A program made the translations under genes and the position numbers. DNA of 64,000 nt from a virus. The DNA lies in the IMG/VR virus record IMGVR_UViG_3300043429_000467. The stretch is one strand, 5' to 3'. Shown here in pieces: positions 1 through 10,592 of the stretch. Each line of letters begins with the position of its first letter. Position 1 is the stretch's first letter. The notes under the pieces were generated by a model that was not told where the DNA came from, did not search any database, and worked only from the letters and a program-made list of their open reading frames with translations.

Positions 1-3000
1 AAAGTTATCAGTTAAGATACCATACTTAGAACGTTCTAATCCGTTAGCATCTAAAACTTTAGTATCAGTCGCAGATTTTTCTAGTCCAGTTAATGCAACA
101 TAGTATTCCAAACTCTTAATACGATTTTCAAATGCACCAATATCTTTCATCGTGAATCGACGATTGTTTTTAAAGTCTGCACGAACTTCTTTAACTGATT
201 CTGTGTAAGCAGGAATAGTTAATGTGTAAATCAACATATCTTGTTGGTCTACTGGTGGTGCAATAGGTTTAACTGAAGGTTTACCTTTAATTACAGCAAA
301 TTCACGTGAAGGTTTAACTACAAGTTGGTCGATACGAGACAAGTAGTATTCAGCATTTAGTGTAGCAACACTATCAACATCAACGTTAACTGCACCGCTT
401 AAAGTGTCTGAACCAATTGTTCTAGATGGTCTAAAGTCTAATGCTGAACGAAGTGGAGTTACTTTACTATCAGATTTGTTATTGAAGTATGGAACTTCAG
501 CATATGTAAAGTTAGAACCAGATTTCAAATAAGAATCAACAGTAAACAAACCATCAATTTGTGGTGATGGTGCTGATTGGTGTTTCAAGTATTTGTATTG
601 AACATAGATGTTACCACGAGGTGAACTATATCCACGTTTAAGTTTGATTGTAGCATGGTCGTAATGTGTTTTTCTTTGACCATTATCAAACTCATAACTT
701 GATGTAACATCATGTGCATCACTTGTTAACATTGCAGTTGTTAAGTTTGATGAAGTTGATAATGAATCTGTAATACGAACAATTTGATATACATCAGGAA
801 CTTGTAAGCTTACAGTTTTACCTGGTGTTCTTAAATCTAATAATGCCGCAGTCTCATTGAAGAATGTTGCGCCAATATCAGTAAATACAATACCAACGTT
901 AGATACAGCAACTTGATTCACAGAATTAGAAGCATCTAATGTGTCTGTTCCATCTAATTCAACAGGAACTTTATCGTGCATCAATGGTAATAATGGATTT
1001 AATTGTTTGCCACGAATAGCACCAGTTGTTCCGTTTTCTGCATTATTAACTTTAGTTTTAACGATAAAGTCAGCACGAACACCGATAGTGCCCATATCAA
1101 TACTTAATGTCGTAGGACTTACTGCCGTAACAGTGAAGTAATTATTAGCTAAACTTAATATAGTGTTTGCAACAATACCAGAAGTACCGTTTGAAGCTGT
1201 GTTATAGTTTGTGAAACAAATAATGTTATTAATAATTGTTGAATCATCTAATACGCCACCTGCACCTGCAAAGGCGAAAGTATCAGTACCTTCAGTAGAA
1301 AGTGTGATGATACCTGAAGCGTCAGATACTTTAGAAGCGTATAATTTACGAGCATAGAAGTCTAGATTATCAATAGAATCTTCTTTAACCGCATCAAAAG
1401 GTAAATCAAAAATCAAACTTTGTCTATTTGGTTCTGAGATATATGCAAAACCTGTTAGAGTATCTTTAGAATCAGCATCAATATTTGCCGCAAAAGTTTT
1501 TGATAAACCATTACGTGAGATTACAGATTCAGCAACTTTAAAGTCTGAAACGATTGCAAAAGTGTTTGCGCTTGATGGTGTAAATGGTAAACTAGATGAT
1601 AAGAAAATAGTTTTATTTGAACCATTTGACGAAGCGATTTTAATTGGAGAAATAGAAGCACCGCCAGCATCAGTGATGCGGAAGTACATATTAGCATATG
1701 CATTATCTCCAGTAGTACTTGAGAAGCTTGCTGGTAATGTAATAGTCTGTGTGTTTGAAGCACTTGCTATAGTACCAGTAATAGATGAACCATTAACATC
1801 AAATACGTTTGTAGATAATGAGAAGGTTTGTCCGTTAGCAGAATCTGTAGAGTCGTTATATTTAACAGTACTTACACGAAGAGAACCGATTAAAGTTGAA
1901 GTGTACGCTGTATTTGTTGATACGTTTACGTTTGTTACAGGAACACAGTGAATATCAAACTTAGGAAAGTCTGTGATTAATAAACTACCACTAATATCTT
2001 TAAAAACAACAGAACTTCTTACCGCTGTAGGTAAGTCGTAATCTGCAATATTCGAAGTATCTCTACCTCTATCAACAGTGATTGTTGACGGTGCAATTGT
2101 TTGGAATTCATAACCACCAACATATGCTTTACCTGGGTCTAATACAGCAGAAAATTTACCTGTTTGTAAATTATTGTTAGCATCGAAGCTTTCTTCTTGT
2201 AATGAAATTACAAATGGGTCAACTGTATAGTTACCTGATTCATCAAAAGTACGACGAGCAAGTGTTTTTTCAATTTCGCTGTAGATTGGATATTCAATCT
2301 CTTTAGTTTTAACACCATTTACAATACGAATGATTTCAAAGAATGAAGATGTATCAGCAGAATCTAAAGTGCGTTTTGCTAGTGTTGTTGTAATTTTATA
2401 ACGATTTGCACCTGGTGCTTGATAGTTATATGCACCTTGCGCTGGGTCTAATAAAGATGAATCGTCGATATAATCAACAATAGATTCTTCAAACTCGATA
2501 CCAATTTTGTATGATGGTTGTGTAAATACTGTAGCTGATTGGTGACCAATTCTATAAAACGTTTCTAATACTAAGAATTGAGGACTAACTTTAACAAATT
2601 GTCCTTGGAAGTAATATACACCATCTTGGATGTTTGCAACGTAAGAACGACCAACAGCGTTAGCTGAAACTAATTGAGCAAAGTAGTTTTGTCCGTAAAC
2701 TTTAAGTTCATCATTCTCAGCAAATAACTCACCACTTAAATATTTTAAAATAAGAACTGGATATGCACCTGAAGTATCGACAGCGATAACTTTGGCACGA
2801 ATCTGTTTTGTTGAATTATATGATATAATAGTTTTATCTAAGAAATCACTAGCATTAATATCTATACCATTATATTGTGTGTTCAATGTGATATAGTTTG
2901 CTCTATCATCTAAAGAAATTTTACCGCCTACAATAGGACTACCACTTTTGAAAATGTGATTACCAAATTTTTCAATTTGATTAGATAAAATTGTTTGTAG

Positions 3001-3114
3001 TTGTGTTAGTTCACGTGCCTGAACAGAATATCCTGGTTGAAACAGAACTCTTAAAAAGTTCTTGTCTTCATCAAAGTCATCGTAATATGGCTGATAGTTG
3101 AACGTGGTTGTCAT
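1..3114 (-). CDS. Large baseplate/tail-fibre-like structural protein, partial; start codon at 3114, continues beyond window start (>1030 aa in window)
   Basis: Continuous minus-strand reading frame with no stop from 3114 to position 1 (N-term MTTTFNYQPYYDDFDEDKNF...); consistent with no complete minus ORF listed in the track. RBS-like AAGGT upstream. Lies downstream of the gp8 homolog in the baseplate module. Thr/Ser/Asn-rich, as in fibre/wedge proteins. Confidence 0.5.
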   Translation of the reverse strand, partial: MTTTFNYQPYYDDFDEDKNFLRVLFQPGYSVQARELTQLQTILSNQIEKFGNHIFKSGSPIVGGKISLDDRANYITLNTQYNGIDINASDFLDKTIISYNSTKQIRAKVIAVDTSGAYPVLILKYLSGELFAENDELKVYGQNYFAQLVSANAVGRSYVANIQDGVYYFQGQFVKVSPQFLVLETFYRIGHQSATVFTQPSYKIGIEFEESIVDYIDDSSLLDPAQGAYNYQAPGANRYKITTTLAKRTLDSADTSSFFEIIRIVNGVKTKEIEYPIYSEIEKTLARRTFDESGNYTVDPFVISLQEESFDANNNLQTGKFSAVLDPGKAYVGGYEFQTIAPSTITVDRGRDTSNIADYDLPTAVRSSVVFKDISGSLLITDFPKFDIHCVPVTNVNVSTNTAYTSTLIGSLRVSTVKYNDSTDSANGQTFSLSTNVFDVNGSSITGTIASASNTQTITLPASFSSTTGDNAYANMYFRITDAGGASISPIKIASSNGSNKTIFLSSSLPFTPSSANTFAIVSDFKVAESVISRNGLSKTFAANIDADSKDTLTGFAYISEPNRQSLIFDLPFDAVKEDSIDNLDFYARKLYASKVSDASGIITLSTEGTDTFAFAGAGGVLDDSTIINNIICFTNYNTASNGTSGIVANTILSLANNYFTVTAVSPTTLSIDMGTIGVRADFIVKTKVNNAENGTTGAIRGKQLNPLLPLMHDKVPVELDGTDTLDASNSVNQVAVSNVGIVFTDIGATFFNETAALLDLRTPGKTVSLQVPDVYQIVRITDSLSTSSNLTTAMLTSDAHDVTSSYEFDNGQRKTHYDHATIKLKRGYSSPRGNIYVQYKYLKHQSAPSPQIDGLFTVDSYLKSGSNFTYAEVPYFNNKSDSKVTPLRSALDFRPSRTIGSDTLSGAVNVDVDSVATLNAEYYLSRIDQLVVKPSREFAVIKGKPSVKPIAPPVDQQDMLIYTLTIPAYTESVKEVRADFKNNRRFTMKDIGAFENRIKSLEYYVALTGLEKSATDTKVLDANGLERSKYGILTDNF

Positions 3115-3124
3115 TTTTTACCTT

Positions 3125-4453
3125 TTAAAAACTTATTATAAATCGAATTTTATCTATTTGGTTATCGTCTCGACTGATTTTTTCTTTTTCAGAAACGAAT
3201 AGTATTTTACCAGAATACTTTTTCATCTTAGGTTCTGTAACACTTGATGCAATACGAGTAGCACCAGATGTAAATCCTTTAATTGCTTGGTTTACTGCTA
3301 GTGTTCCTTTAAGATTATTTACATATAGTTTATTGTTAACTTCATCAAAAGAAACTACTTCGGCTGAAAATGATGATGAGCCGTATGTTAAACCTTGAAA
3401 CACAATTTCATCGTTACTGAAATCACCAATACCTGGTGAAGTATTTATAGTCGTATATAATGGGTAATATTCGTCTGTACATAATTCACCCGTAGTAGCA
3501 TCAACGGGATTATGTACTAACAATACTTCACGAAAGTCATTGTCTGTTGGATATATTCCATTAGGACCAGGACCTTCAAACTGAATACATGTCATAATAT
3601 TATTAGCACCCAATTCATAAACTGGGTCAAAACCGTGTCCGTTTTGTGGTGAAATTTTAATTACAGCTTCAGCACCTGAACCATTGCCGCCAGAAACATC
3701 TGAGAATCTAACATTCGCACGAGTGTAATTTTCACCTCTATTTTGAATAATGATGTCACTAACTCTACCACTAACAACGTTAGCTTTTAAAATAGCACCA
3801 GTTCCATCACCTTCAACGGTAATAATACTTTGAACAGGACCACTCACATAATTGTTACCTGCATTCGTGATATTAACAACATCAATACTTCCATTGATAG
3901 CGGCATCAGCTACGAATTTGTTTGTTAACGCTGGCATCCAATCTTCATTCATAAACCATTGTTTTTCGAATGATGAAATTGTATATAAGTATTTCCACCT
4001 ATATGAATCAGCAGTAATAATATAAGGTTCTTCAAGTGAAGTTGTTGATAATACTAGTGATGGTTCAGCAGTTGATTGAGCACCATTATTATTAAATAAA
4101 CATTTAAAAACTTGGTCATTAGAATTCTTTACATAAAAATTTGAGCTAGATTCGTATGTGTTATATACTGTATTTGCTCTCCAGTCGATTCTAGGAACAA
4201 CATAGTTAGCATTAACTAAAGAAGCAACACGAGCACCGTAAGCACGTCTCCAATATTCATTCAAATCATCAATAGATTCACCAGGAGTTGGAACAATTTC
4301 TGTACCTGAATTCCATGGAGTTTGTTTACCAATAACAGCGAATACATATGATTTTCTGTCGGCTGGTAAATATGAGTTTGCACCAAGATTAAGCAGATTT
4401 AAAAACTGCGTGGTCATTAGTGTTCTGAAGTTTTTTGTGATTAGATTATTCAT
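3125..4453 (-). CDS. gp8: Baseplate wedge protein, T4 gp8 homolog
   Basis: Motifs FAVIGKQTPWNSGTEIVPTP and VVPRIDW resemble T4 gp8 (FITFGRSEPWSSNENEV, VIPRRDW). Synteny after the gp6/gp7 homologs. Confidence 0.65.
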   Translation of the reverse strand: MNNLITKNFRTLMTTQFLNLLNLGANSYLPADRKSYVFAVIGKQTPWNSGTEIVPTPGESIDDLNEYWRRAYGARVASLVNANYVVPRIDWRANTVYNTYESSSNFYVKNSNDQVFKCLFNNNGAQSTAEPSLVLSTTSLEEPYIITADSYRWKYLYTISSFEKQWFMNEDWMPALTNKFVADAAINGSIDVVNITNAGNNYVSGPVQSIITVEGDGTGAILKANVVSGRVSDIIIQNRGENYTRANVRFSDVSGGNGSGAEAVIKISPQNGHGFDPVYELGANNIMTCIQFEGPGPNGIYPTDNDFREVLLVHNPVDATTGELCTDEYYPLYTTINTSPGIGDFSNDEIVFQGLTYGSSSFSAEVVSFDEVNNKLYVNNLKGTLAVNQAIKGFTSGATRIASSVTEPKMKKYSGKILFVSEKEKISRDDNQIDKIRFIISF

Positions 4454-4465
4454 ATTGTATATTTA

Positions 4466-7225
4466 TTATAGATTTTCTAAAATAGTTATTACAGAATTAG
4501 AATTTGTTCTGAAATTTACGTCTACTGTAATGGTATTACTTGAAACATTTGAAACTGTTCTAACTTCATTGTATATAATTGAAAGATTTATGGTGTTTGC
4601 AGTAATATTAAGTGTGTTTGCAATATACAAATTATTAGCACTAATAACATTAGATACAACAACAGTATTTCCAGATTCTAGATAAATCGTATCACCTTCA
4701 AGAAGGTCATTAATAAAGTTTGTATTTGTTCCGTAAATAACATTACCTGATACATTAATAGTACCATTGATTTGTCGTGATATGTTTGTTAAAATTACAG
4801 TATCACCAACAGTTACTGTATTTGCTAAATCAACAGAAGTGTTAGCAATCATCAAGTTAGAACCATTTGACACATTAAATGTAGGAGATAATGTAGTAAC
4901 AATTTGATGACTAACATTACCTTGACCTAATACTGAAACTTCATGAGTCTCAATTCTAGTAGCAAAAACTTTCATACCTGCCGGATGAATTATATTTGAT
5001 ACTGTATTCTTAAAGAATTTATAATCATAATTAGATTTAATCGCATAAGTGAAGTTGTTATATCTAATAGCATCTTGAAGTTTTTTATCCCAATTCAAGA
5101 AACCTTCAGTATTCAAGTAAATACCAGGATATCTAATTAGACCATTTTCAAATTTAGCAGTCGCTCTAGCTAAACCGTTTCCGTAATATGAAATTGAATT
5201 TGAAACAACGTTAGCTGAAATTAAACCATCGTCTGTAATTAAAGGAAGACTTTCGTTTAAAGTACCTGCATAATCAAAAATTCTTAATGAATTATTAGCT
5301 TCAAAATATCTATCAACATAAGCGGTAAATGTTGAAACTGTGTTTGATGCACCTTGATAAATTTTTGTGTTTGTTGAAAAAACTTGGCCGGATGTGATGT
5401 TACTAACAACTAAATCAGCATTTCTTAAAGAAACTGTAGGTGTTTGAACATAGTCATAACCATAACTAGATACTTTTAATTTTGAAATAGCACCAATTCT
5501 ACTTGTCGCTAAATCTAATTCTTCACCGTCACCTGCAATTTCAGTAACTCGAATAACAGCGTTTGAGCCGTTAGCTGAAACTACTGATACTGAAGGTAAC
5601 AAAGCTTGAGTATAACCTTCACCTGCAATAATATATTCATTATTAGCTGGCGCAACGAACGCCACTTCAATAATTGTATTTGAATTAGAAGCGTCTACTT
5701 GAGTAACAATAGCATTAGCACCATAACCTGTTCCTCCAGTGAATACTAGAACATCGTTTGCTCTATAGTTTTGACCACCAGATTCAATTTTTAATCTACC
5801 TAAAGAACCTAATCTGTCAAGTCTTTTTCTCAAGAAAGAATATACTTGAGCATTCACTAGTTCGTTTTCTAGAGGTGCCTCAAATGTTACTGTGTTTGCA
5901 GTTACTGTTTGTACTGTTCGAACGGCTTCGTATCGTGAAGGAATAACAAATTTAAAAGATTCACCTGGTGCAAATTTTGATGTTAAATCAACAGAAGAGT
6001 TTACAAAATACGATGCTCCGTTAGTTACGTTTACTGTATTTAATAATAAAACTTCGTTTGAAATCAATTCTTCAGCATATAAACTTAATACATTGGTTTC
6101 AGGTTTTCTAATATAACCGACACCTTCACCAGTAACAGTTAAGTGAGATATTGGTTGAACGTCGAAAGATTGTAAGGTTGATAAAGATAAAATACTATTA
6201 CTTTCAACGTTAGCAATCGCAATAACATAAATTGTTTCTAGTGTAGTTCTACTTACGTTCATTTGACGTGCGTTTGCTGTGTCAACCAAATCGATATTAG
6301 CAACGGCTTCAGTAACATCAGATATACTTTGGAAACCGCCTCTAAAAACAACTAGACTTGAATTTGGGTCTGTGATAGGATTTCTAAATCCAAAGCCTTC
6401 TTTTTTTACCCAAATATCTGTTACAGAACCTTGAGTAACTTCACCTACAGTTGCAATAGCACCAATAGGAGTATTTGCGATACCATCAAAACCACCAACA
6501 ATAGAAACAGGGTCACCTACTTTGTAATATAAACCTCTAGCATCAGGGTTAATATTAATTTCAGATAAAGAACCAACTAATCGTCCTGTTACTGTAACCG
6601 GTAAGTTATTATCATCATAATAAGTTGAATATACAGTCTCACCTGTAGAAAATGTTCGGTCAACATTTGAAACATAAACTTCAATGTATTGAATACCTAA
6701 TTGTCTATCAATAGACTTAACAACGTTTTCAACAATAGCTGTAGCTTTTGATGTAACACCAGTTAATTTTGTTTTTGTAATATTAAATATGTTTGTGTCG
6801 GCTGTATCGATACGTAGTGCTAAAGGTAAAGCCCAACGACCATCAGACGCTTTAAAAATATCATCTTTAGGTAAATAGATATCAATATTCTCATTAAATA
6901 GTGTTCTGAACAAGAATTTGATTGCTGGTACAGTACCTTTAGATTTATAAAATTCTGTGGCAAACTTTAAGAATTTTCTTTTATCTAGAGCAATATCTAC
7001 AGGTAAAAAAGGTAATAATTCTTTTTTAAGTTCTTCGATATAAAAATCATCAGCTAAATCAATATTGTTAGCGTTTTGTAAATCACCGGCTTCTTTTGAA
7101 ATGTTTGAATTCTGCTCAGTCCATTCATAGTATTTCTCTAAGAATGTGACGAACATAGGATATTCACTGCGAATGAAATCCGGGATTTGTGATTTGACTA
7201 TACTAGAAACTAAGATGTCGGTCAT
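4466..7225 (-). CDS. gp7: Baseplate wedge protein, gp7-like (919 aa)
   Basis: Size and position between the gp6 and gp8 homologs, as in the T4 order 6-7-8. No motif-level match recalled. Confidence 0.45.
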   Translation of the reverse strand: MTDILVSSIVKSQIPDFIRSEYPMFVTFLEKYYEWTEQNSNISKEAGDLQNANNIDLADDFYIEELKKELLPFLPVDIALDKRKFLKFATEFYKSKGTVPAIKFLFRTLFNENIDIYLPKDDIFKASDGRWALPLALRIDTADTNIFNITKTKLTGVTSKATAIVENVVKSIDRQLGIQYIEVYVSNVDRTFSTGETVYSTYYDDNNLPVTVTGRLVGSLSEININPDARGLYYKVGDPVSIVGGFDGIANTPIGAIATVGEVTQGSVTDIWVKKEGFGFRNPITDPNSSLVVFRGGFQSISDVTEAVANIDLVDTANARQMNVSRTTLETIYVIAIANVESNSILSLSTLQSFDVQPISHLTVTGEGVGYIRKPETNVLSLYAEELISNEVLLLNTVNVTNGASYFVNSSVDLTSKFAPGESFKFVIPSRYEAVRTVQTVTANTVTFEAPLENELVNAQVYSFLRKRLDRLGSLGRLKIESGGQNYRANDVLVFTGGTGYGANAIVTQVDASNSNTIIEVAFVAPANNEYIIAGEGYTQALLPSVSVVSANGSNAVIRVTEIAGDGEELDLATSRIGAISKLKVSSYGYDYVQTPTVSLRNADLVVSNITSGQVFSTNTKIYQGASNTVSTFTAYVDRYFEANNSLRIFDYAGTLNESLPLITDDGLISANVVSNSISYYGNGLARATAKFENGLIRYPGIYLNTEGFLNWDKKLQDAIRYNNFTYAIKSNYDYKFFKNTVSNIIHPAGMKVFATRIETHEVSVLGQGNVSHQIVTTLSPTFNVSNGSNLMIANTSVDLANTVTVGDTVILTNISRQINGTINVSGNVIYGTNTNFINDLLEGDTIYLESGNTVVVSNVISANNLYIANTLNITANTINLSIIYNEVRTVSNVSSNTITVDVNFRTNSNSVITILENL

Positions 7226-9321
7226 TACATTGATTCTATGTTAGAAGCGTATACTGGAACCATTTCAACCACAACCGATGTTGGGTCTTCTTCATCCAAT
7301 ACAAGCATTTTATTTTTTTCTGATTTGATTGTTGTTGCTTTTGGTCTAATATTTATAGACAAATAACCAAACAAATCTGATACCGATATAGGATTAAAAT
7401 CTGTTAAGGTAACTTTACCCATCAAGTAATCAATTGTTCCAGCAACACCATTATTTCTATTCTGATTAATTACAACTTTTGTGTTTTGGCTTGTGACTTC
7501 ATCAGCTTTGTAATAAACAATACGTAATTGGCCATATCTTCCTTGCAATACTGCATTAGCACTTGCTGATTGTCCGCCACCTCCAACAATTCGAATTGAA
7601 GTTGAAGTGTAACCAATACCAGGATTAGTTACTGTGATAGAATTAATTTTACCATTTACAACAGTTGCGAACGCTGAAGCACCAGTACCATCACCAATAA
7701 TTTCAATAGATGGAGTTCCTGTGTAATTAAAACCAGGATTAGATACTGCTATCGATTCAACGCCTGTATATGATGAAGGAATTTCTTCAATTAAACATTC
7801 ACGCAACACACCATCTTCATCTAGCATTGAGAAAGCAGGTGATGAATAGAAGTTATCGAATGTAGTACCTCTTTGTAGTTCTATACCAAAATCTAATTCA
7901 TAACTGTTTGATGTAATTAAATTTGGTCTAAATCTTTTACTAATAAACACTTCTAAGTCGTTAGATAAAATAGAATTACTATATCTATCAACAGTTGTTT
8001 TTAATCCTGAAGATTTAAATATAGTATTAAACTTGTTTAAGTTAGTTGTACAATAATCTTCAACAGCAGATTTTACACCAGCTTGAAGAGTTGTTTGATT
8101 TGTTGTTGTCTTAGCTGGGTCAAAATAAACTTTACTTGTCAATTTTAAATAGTTATAATCAACATCAACAATCTCAGGTGTAACAGTTAACACACTGATT
8201 GGCTTAATAATTTTATTAATTACATAATCTTTTTCAGTTTGAGTTACTTCAAAACCTAATTTAGGTTTAGCTGAGATGAATACTTTACCAAAAATAGGAG
8301 GTATGTTTTCTTCACCACCCCAAACATTTACTGCTTCGAATGCTGGATATTTTTGTTGAATCAATCTAACATAATCGTTTTTAGTAACAGCACGATTTTG
8401 TGAAGTCAAAGATAACGGTGCTGAATATTTAATCTCATCAACAGTTTCTCTAGCGGCTCCTGACGAAGCTTTAACTACTGAGTCGATTGTTACATTAATA
8501 TAGCTTCCGATAGCTGTGGCTAATGTGAAGTTGTTTGCACCATTAGGTACTGGTCCGTTTGTGATTAAGTATGTCAAAGTAACAATAGCACCATCAGGTA
8601 GTTTCTTACCTACAACATCATCACCAAAGAAGATTTGATACTTGCCATCTAATGACTCTTCGATATAATACACTTCATCAGTTTGAGCAACATTGATAAC
8701 ATCGGTTGCTCTATTATAAACAGAAACTTGTGTGTTACTTGCTGAAGGTCGAACAGATACTTTTAATGTAGAGATGTCTACATTAGGGTCATTAATCGTA
8801 AATGTTTGTCTAGGATTAGATGATTGAGTGTGTGTATAGTTGTAAGATACTAATTCACCTTCATAAACTGGTACATTAATAAAGTTAAATTTAGTGTTTG
8901 ATTTTGATACTGAAACTGCATCAAGAACAATAAATCTGTAAGGACGATTATCAATCATATTAGATATGAATGTTTGTCCTGCTTCCATTGTTAGAGTGCC
9001 TGTATTTGAAGAGTTGGTTTCTACAGATACATTAATAATAGCTTTTGATGCTTTAGTTGAACGTGGAGTGTAACCCATCTTTTTAGCATGAGAAACAACA
9101 GAATTTCTTAATAATGCAGTGTCTAAGAATGATTCGTTAGCAATCATGTTTAGATAGTATGCATTATAGTGAGTGTTATAGGCTAATAAATCTAATAAAA
9201 CAGCCATACCAGAACCTTCAAAATCATAGTCTTGAAATTCTGATTGTTGTTTTAAGAAATTCTTTAAGTTAGATTTAATTGTATCAAAATCTAATGCTGT
9301 AACTTGTAAGCGGTCTGCCAT
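7225..9321 (-). CDS. gp6: Baseplate wedge protein, T4 gp6 homolog
   Basis: N-terminal region QDYDFEGSGMAVLLDLLAYNTHYNAYY matches T4 gp6 (LDYDFEGSRLNVLCDLLAYNTLYIQQF). 698 aa versus 660 aa in T4. Confidence 0.8.
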   Translation of the reverse strand: MADRLQVTALDFDTIKSNLKNFLKQQSEFQDYDFEGSGMAVLLDLLAYNTHYNAYYLNMIANESFLDTALLRNSVVSHAKKMGYTPRSTKASKAIINVSVETNSSNTGTLTMEAGQTFISNMIDNRPYRFIVLDAVSVSKSNTKFNFINVPVYEGELVSYNYTHTQSSNPRQTFTINDPNVDISTLKVSVRPSASNTQVSVYNRATDVINVAQTDEVYYIEESLDGKYQIFFGDDVVGKKLPDGAIVTLTYLITNGPVPNGANNFTLATAIGSYINVTIDSVVKASSGAARETVDEIKYSAPLSLTSQNRAVTKNDYVRLIQQKYPAFEAVNVWGGEENIPPIFGKVFISAKPKLGFEVTQTEKDYVINKIIKPISVLTVTPEIVDVDYNYLKLTSKVYFDPAKTTTNQTTLQAGVKSAVEDYCTTNLNKFNTIFKSSGLKTTVDRYSNSILSNDLEVFISKRFRPNLITSNSYELDFGIELQRGTTFDNFYSSPAFSMLDEDGVLRECLIEEIPSSYTGVESIAVSNPGFNYTGTPSIEIIGDGTGASAFATVVNGKINSITVTNPGIGYTSTSIRIVGGGGQSASANAVLQGRYGQLRIVYYKADEVTSQNTKVVINQNRNNGVAGTIDYLMGKVTLTDFNPISVSDLFGYLSINIRPKATTIKSEKNKMLVLDEEDPTSVVVEMVPVYASNIESM

Positions 9322-9322
9322 A

Positions 9323-9727
9323 TTATCTTACTCTGTTTAATGAAAATTGAATTGTTATTGGTTCTGTTCTTGATAGAATGTAAAATTCCATACTAATTCT
9401 ATACGCATTATTATCAAAATCAGGTGATGCTGAGATTCTAGATACTTTTGCTCTTGGTTCATAAGTTGCGATTACTTGACTAATTTCACGCTCGAGTGCG
9501 GCTGAAGTAATCTTGTCCATATTTTCAAACAATAATGAATAGACATTAGAACCAATATCTGGCTGAAAAGGACGCTCATAATGTTTTGTCATAACCAAAT
9601 TCTTAATAGAATTGATTACTGCCATAGCATCGGTGTTTTTATTAATATCTTTCTTAACTGGATGTGGAATAAAGTTTAAATCCAGGTCGATATATGATTT
9701 ATTTGTATTTAGTGTCGTAGTAGCCAT
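9323..9727 (-). CDS. gp25: Baseplate wedge protein, T4 gp25 homolog (lysozyme-like fold)
   Basis: 134 aa; RPFQPDIGSNVYSLLFENM...YEPRAKV parallels T4 gp25 RPFDPEFGCDLSDQLFENM...YEPRIDK. Adjacent to gp6, as in many distant T4-like phages. Confidence 0.8.
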   Translation of the reverse strand: MATTTLNTNKSYIDLDLNFIPHPVKKDINKNTDAMAVINSIKNLVMTKHYERPFQPDIGSNVYSLLFENMDKITSAALEREISQVIATYEPRAKVSRISASPDFDNNAYRISMEFYILSRTEPITIQFSLNRVR

Positions 9728-9734
9728 CTATTAT

Positions 9735-10583
9735 TTATGTGTTGATTCTAGATAAAAGTTTAGGAGTACCAATAAATTCATCAAGTAATTTGTCTGCGGT
9801 CTCACCTCTATTACTAAAAACACGCAAGCTTCGCATTTCTTCTAAGACATCGTTAGAATTTCTAAAGAAATTAATATCATGGTCAGTTCTTTCTTTCAAC
9901 ACAGCATCTATAGTGTTCACAGTCGAATACATGGTTTGTAATGTAGATTCAGATAGATTTGAAGTTAAAATACTATAGGTGTTTGGGAAAATACCACCAA
10001 TCGTAATCGTAATACTATTTTTAATAATCTGAGGATATGTTTGTGCAGTTATAACTAAACTACTTACGTTAGAGTCAACAAACAAACTAGTAAAACTTCC
10101 CATAATTGGTGCATTGTTTTGAATGTTATCAGTCTGATTTGTTAAATACATCACGCCTTGTCCCGTAGACATTGCAGTAACATAGTACGGAAATAAAGCA
10201 TCTTCTTCAACCGAACCTAATGGAGTAACACCTGAAATTTTATCTGTGTGTTCAATAAACAAATCTGCGGCACCATTAGATGATGCTAAGTTTGCTGATT
10301 TCGCATATAATTGATTAATCAATATTGAAGTGGCACTTGATGTACCATTGACATTAAATGTGTTTGAAGCTATTAAACCTGAAACAACAATAACATTATT
10401 TGCGACATTAGATACTGGATTCTTAAAATATCCATTCACATCATCGTTCGCTAAGTCGGTAACTTGCCAAGGCTCTAAAAGCTGAGGCACTGTGTTTAAA
10501 TATTCTAAAACTTTATCAGACAATGCTATGACATTATTTGAATCTGTATAGTTAAAACCTAATCTTTCAAAAACTCCGCTCAT
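9735..10583 (-). CDS. Hypothetical baseplate-associated protein (282 aa)
   Basis: Lies between the hub spike ORFs and gp25. Ser/Thr/Asn-rich. No recognisable motif. Confidence 0.35.
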   Translation of the reverse strand: MSGVFERLGFNYTDSNNVIALSDKVLEYLNTVPQLLEPWQVTDLANDDVNGYFKNPVSNVANNVIVVSGLIASNTFNVNGTSSATSILINQLYAKSANLASSNGAADLFIEHTDKISGVTPLGSVEEDALFPYYVTAMSTGQGVMYLTNQTDNIQNNAPIMGSFTSLFVDSNVSSLVITAQTYPQIIKNSITITIGGIFPNTYSILTSNLSESTLQTMYSTVNTIDAVLKERTDHDINFFRNSNDVLEEMRSLRVFSNRGETADKLLDEFIGTPKLLSRINT

Positions 10584-10592
10584 AATTTTCCC

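Noticed and set aside
1521-1951. Track ORFs 1521-1763 (-), 1562-1951 (+) and 941-1141 (+) inside the first 3 kb
   Set aside because: They lie within or opposite the long uninterrupted minus-strand structural gene (1-3114) in other frames; typical shadow ORFs in an AT-rich gene.
4410-6116. Plus-strand ORFs 4410-4685, 5758-5946 and 5892-6116
   Set aside because: Antisense to the 919-aa gp7-like gene; low-complexity translations; shadow ORFs.
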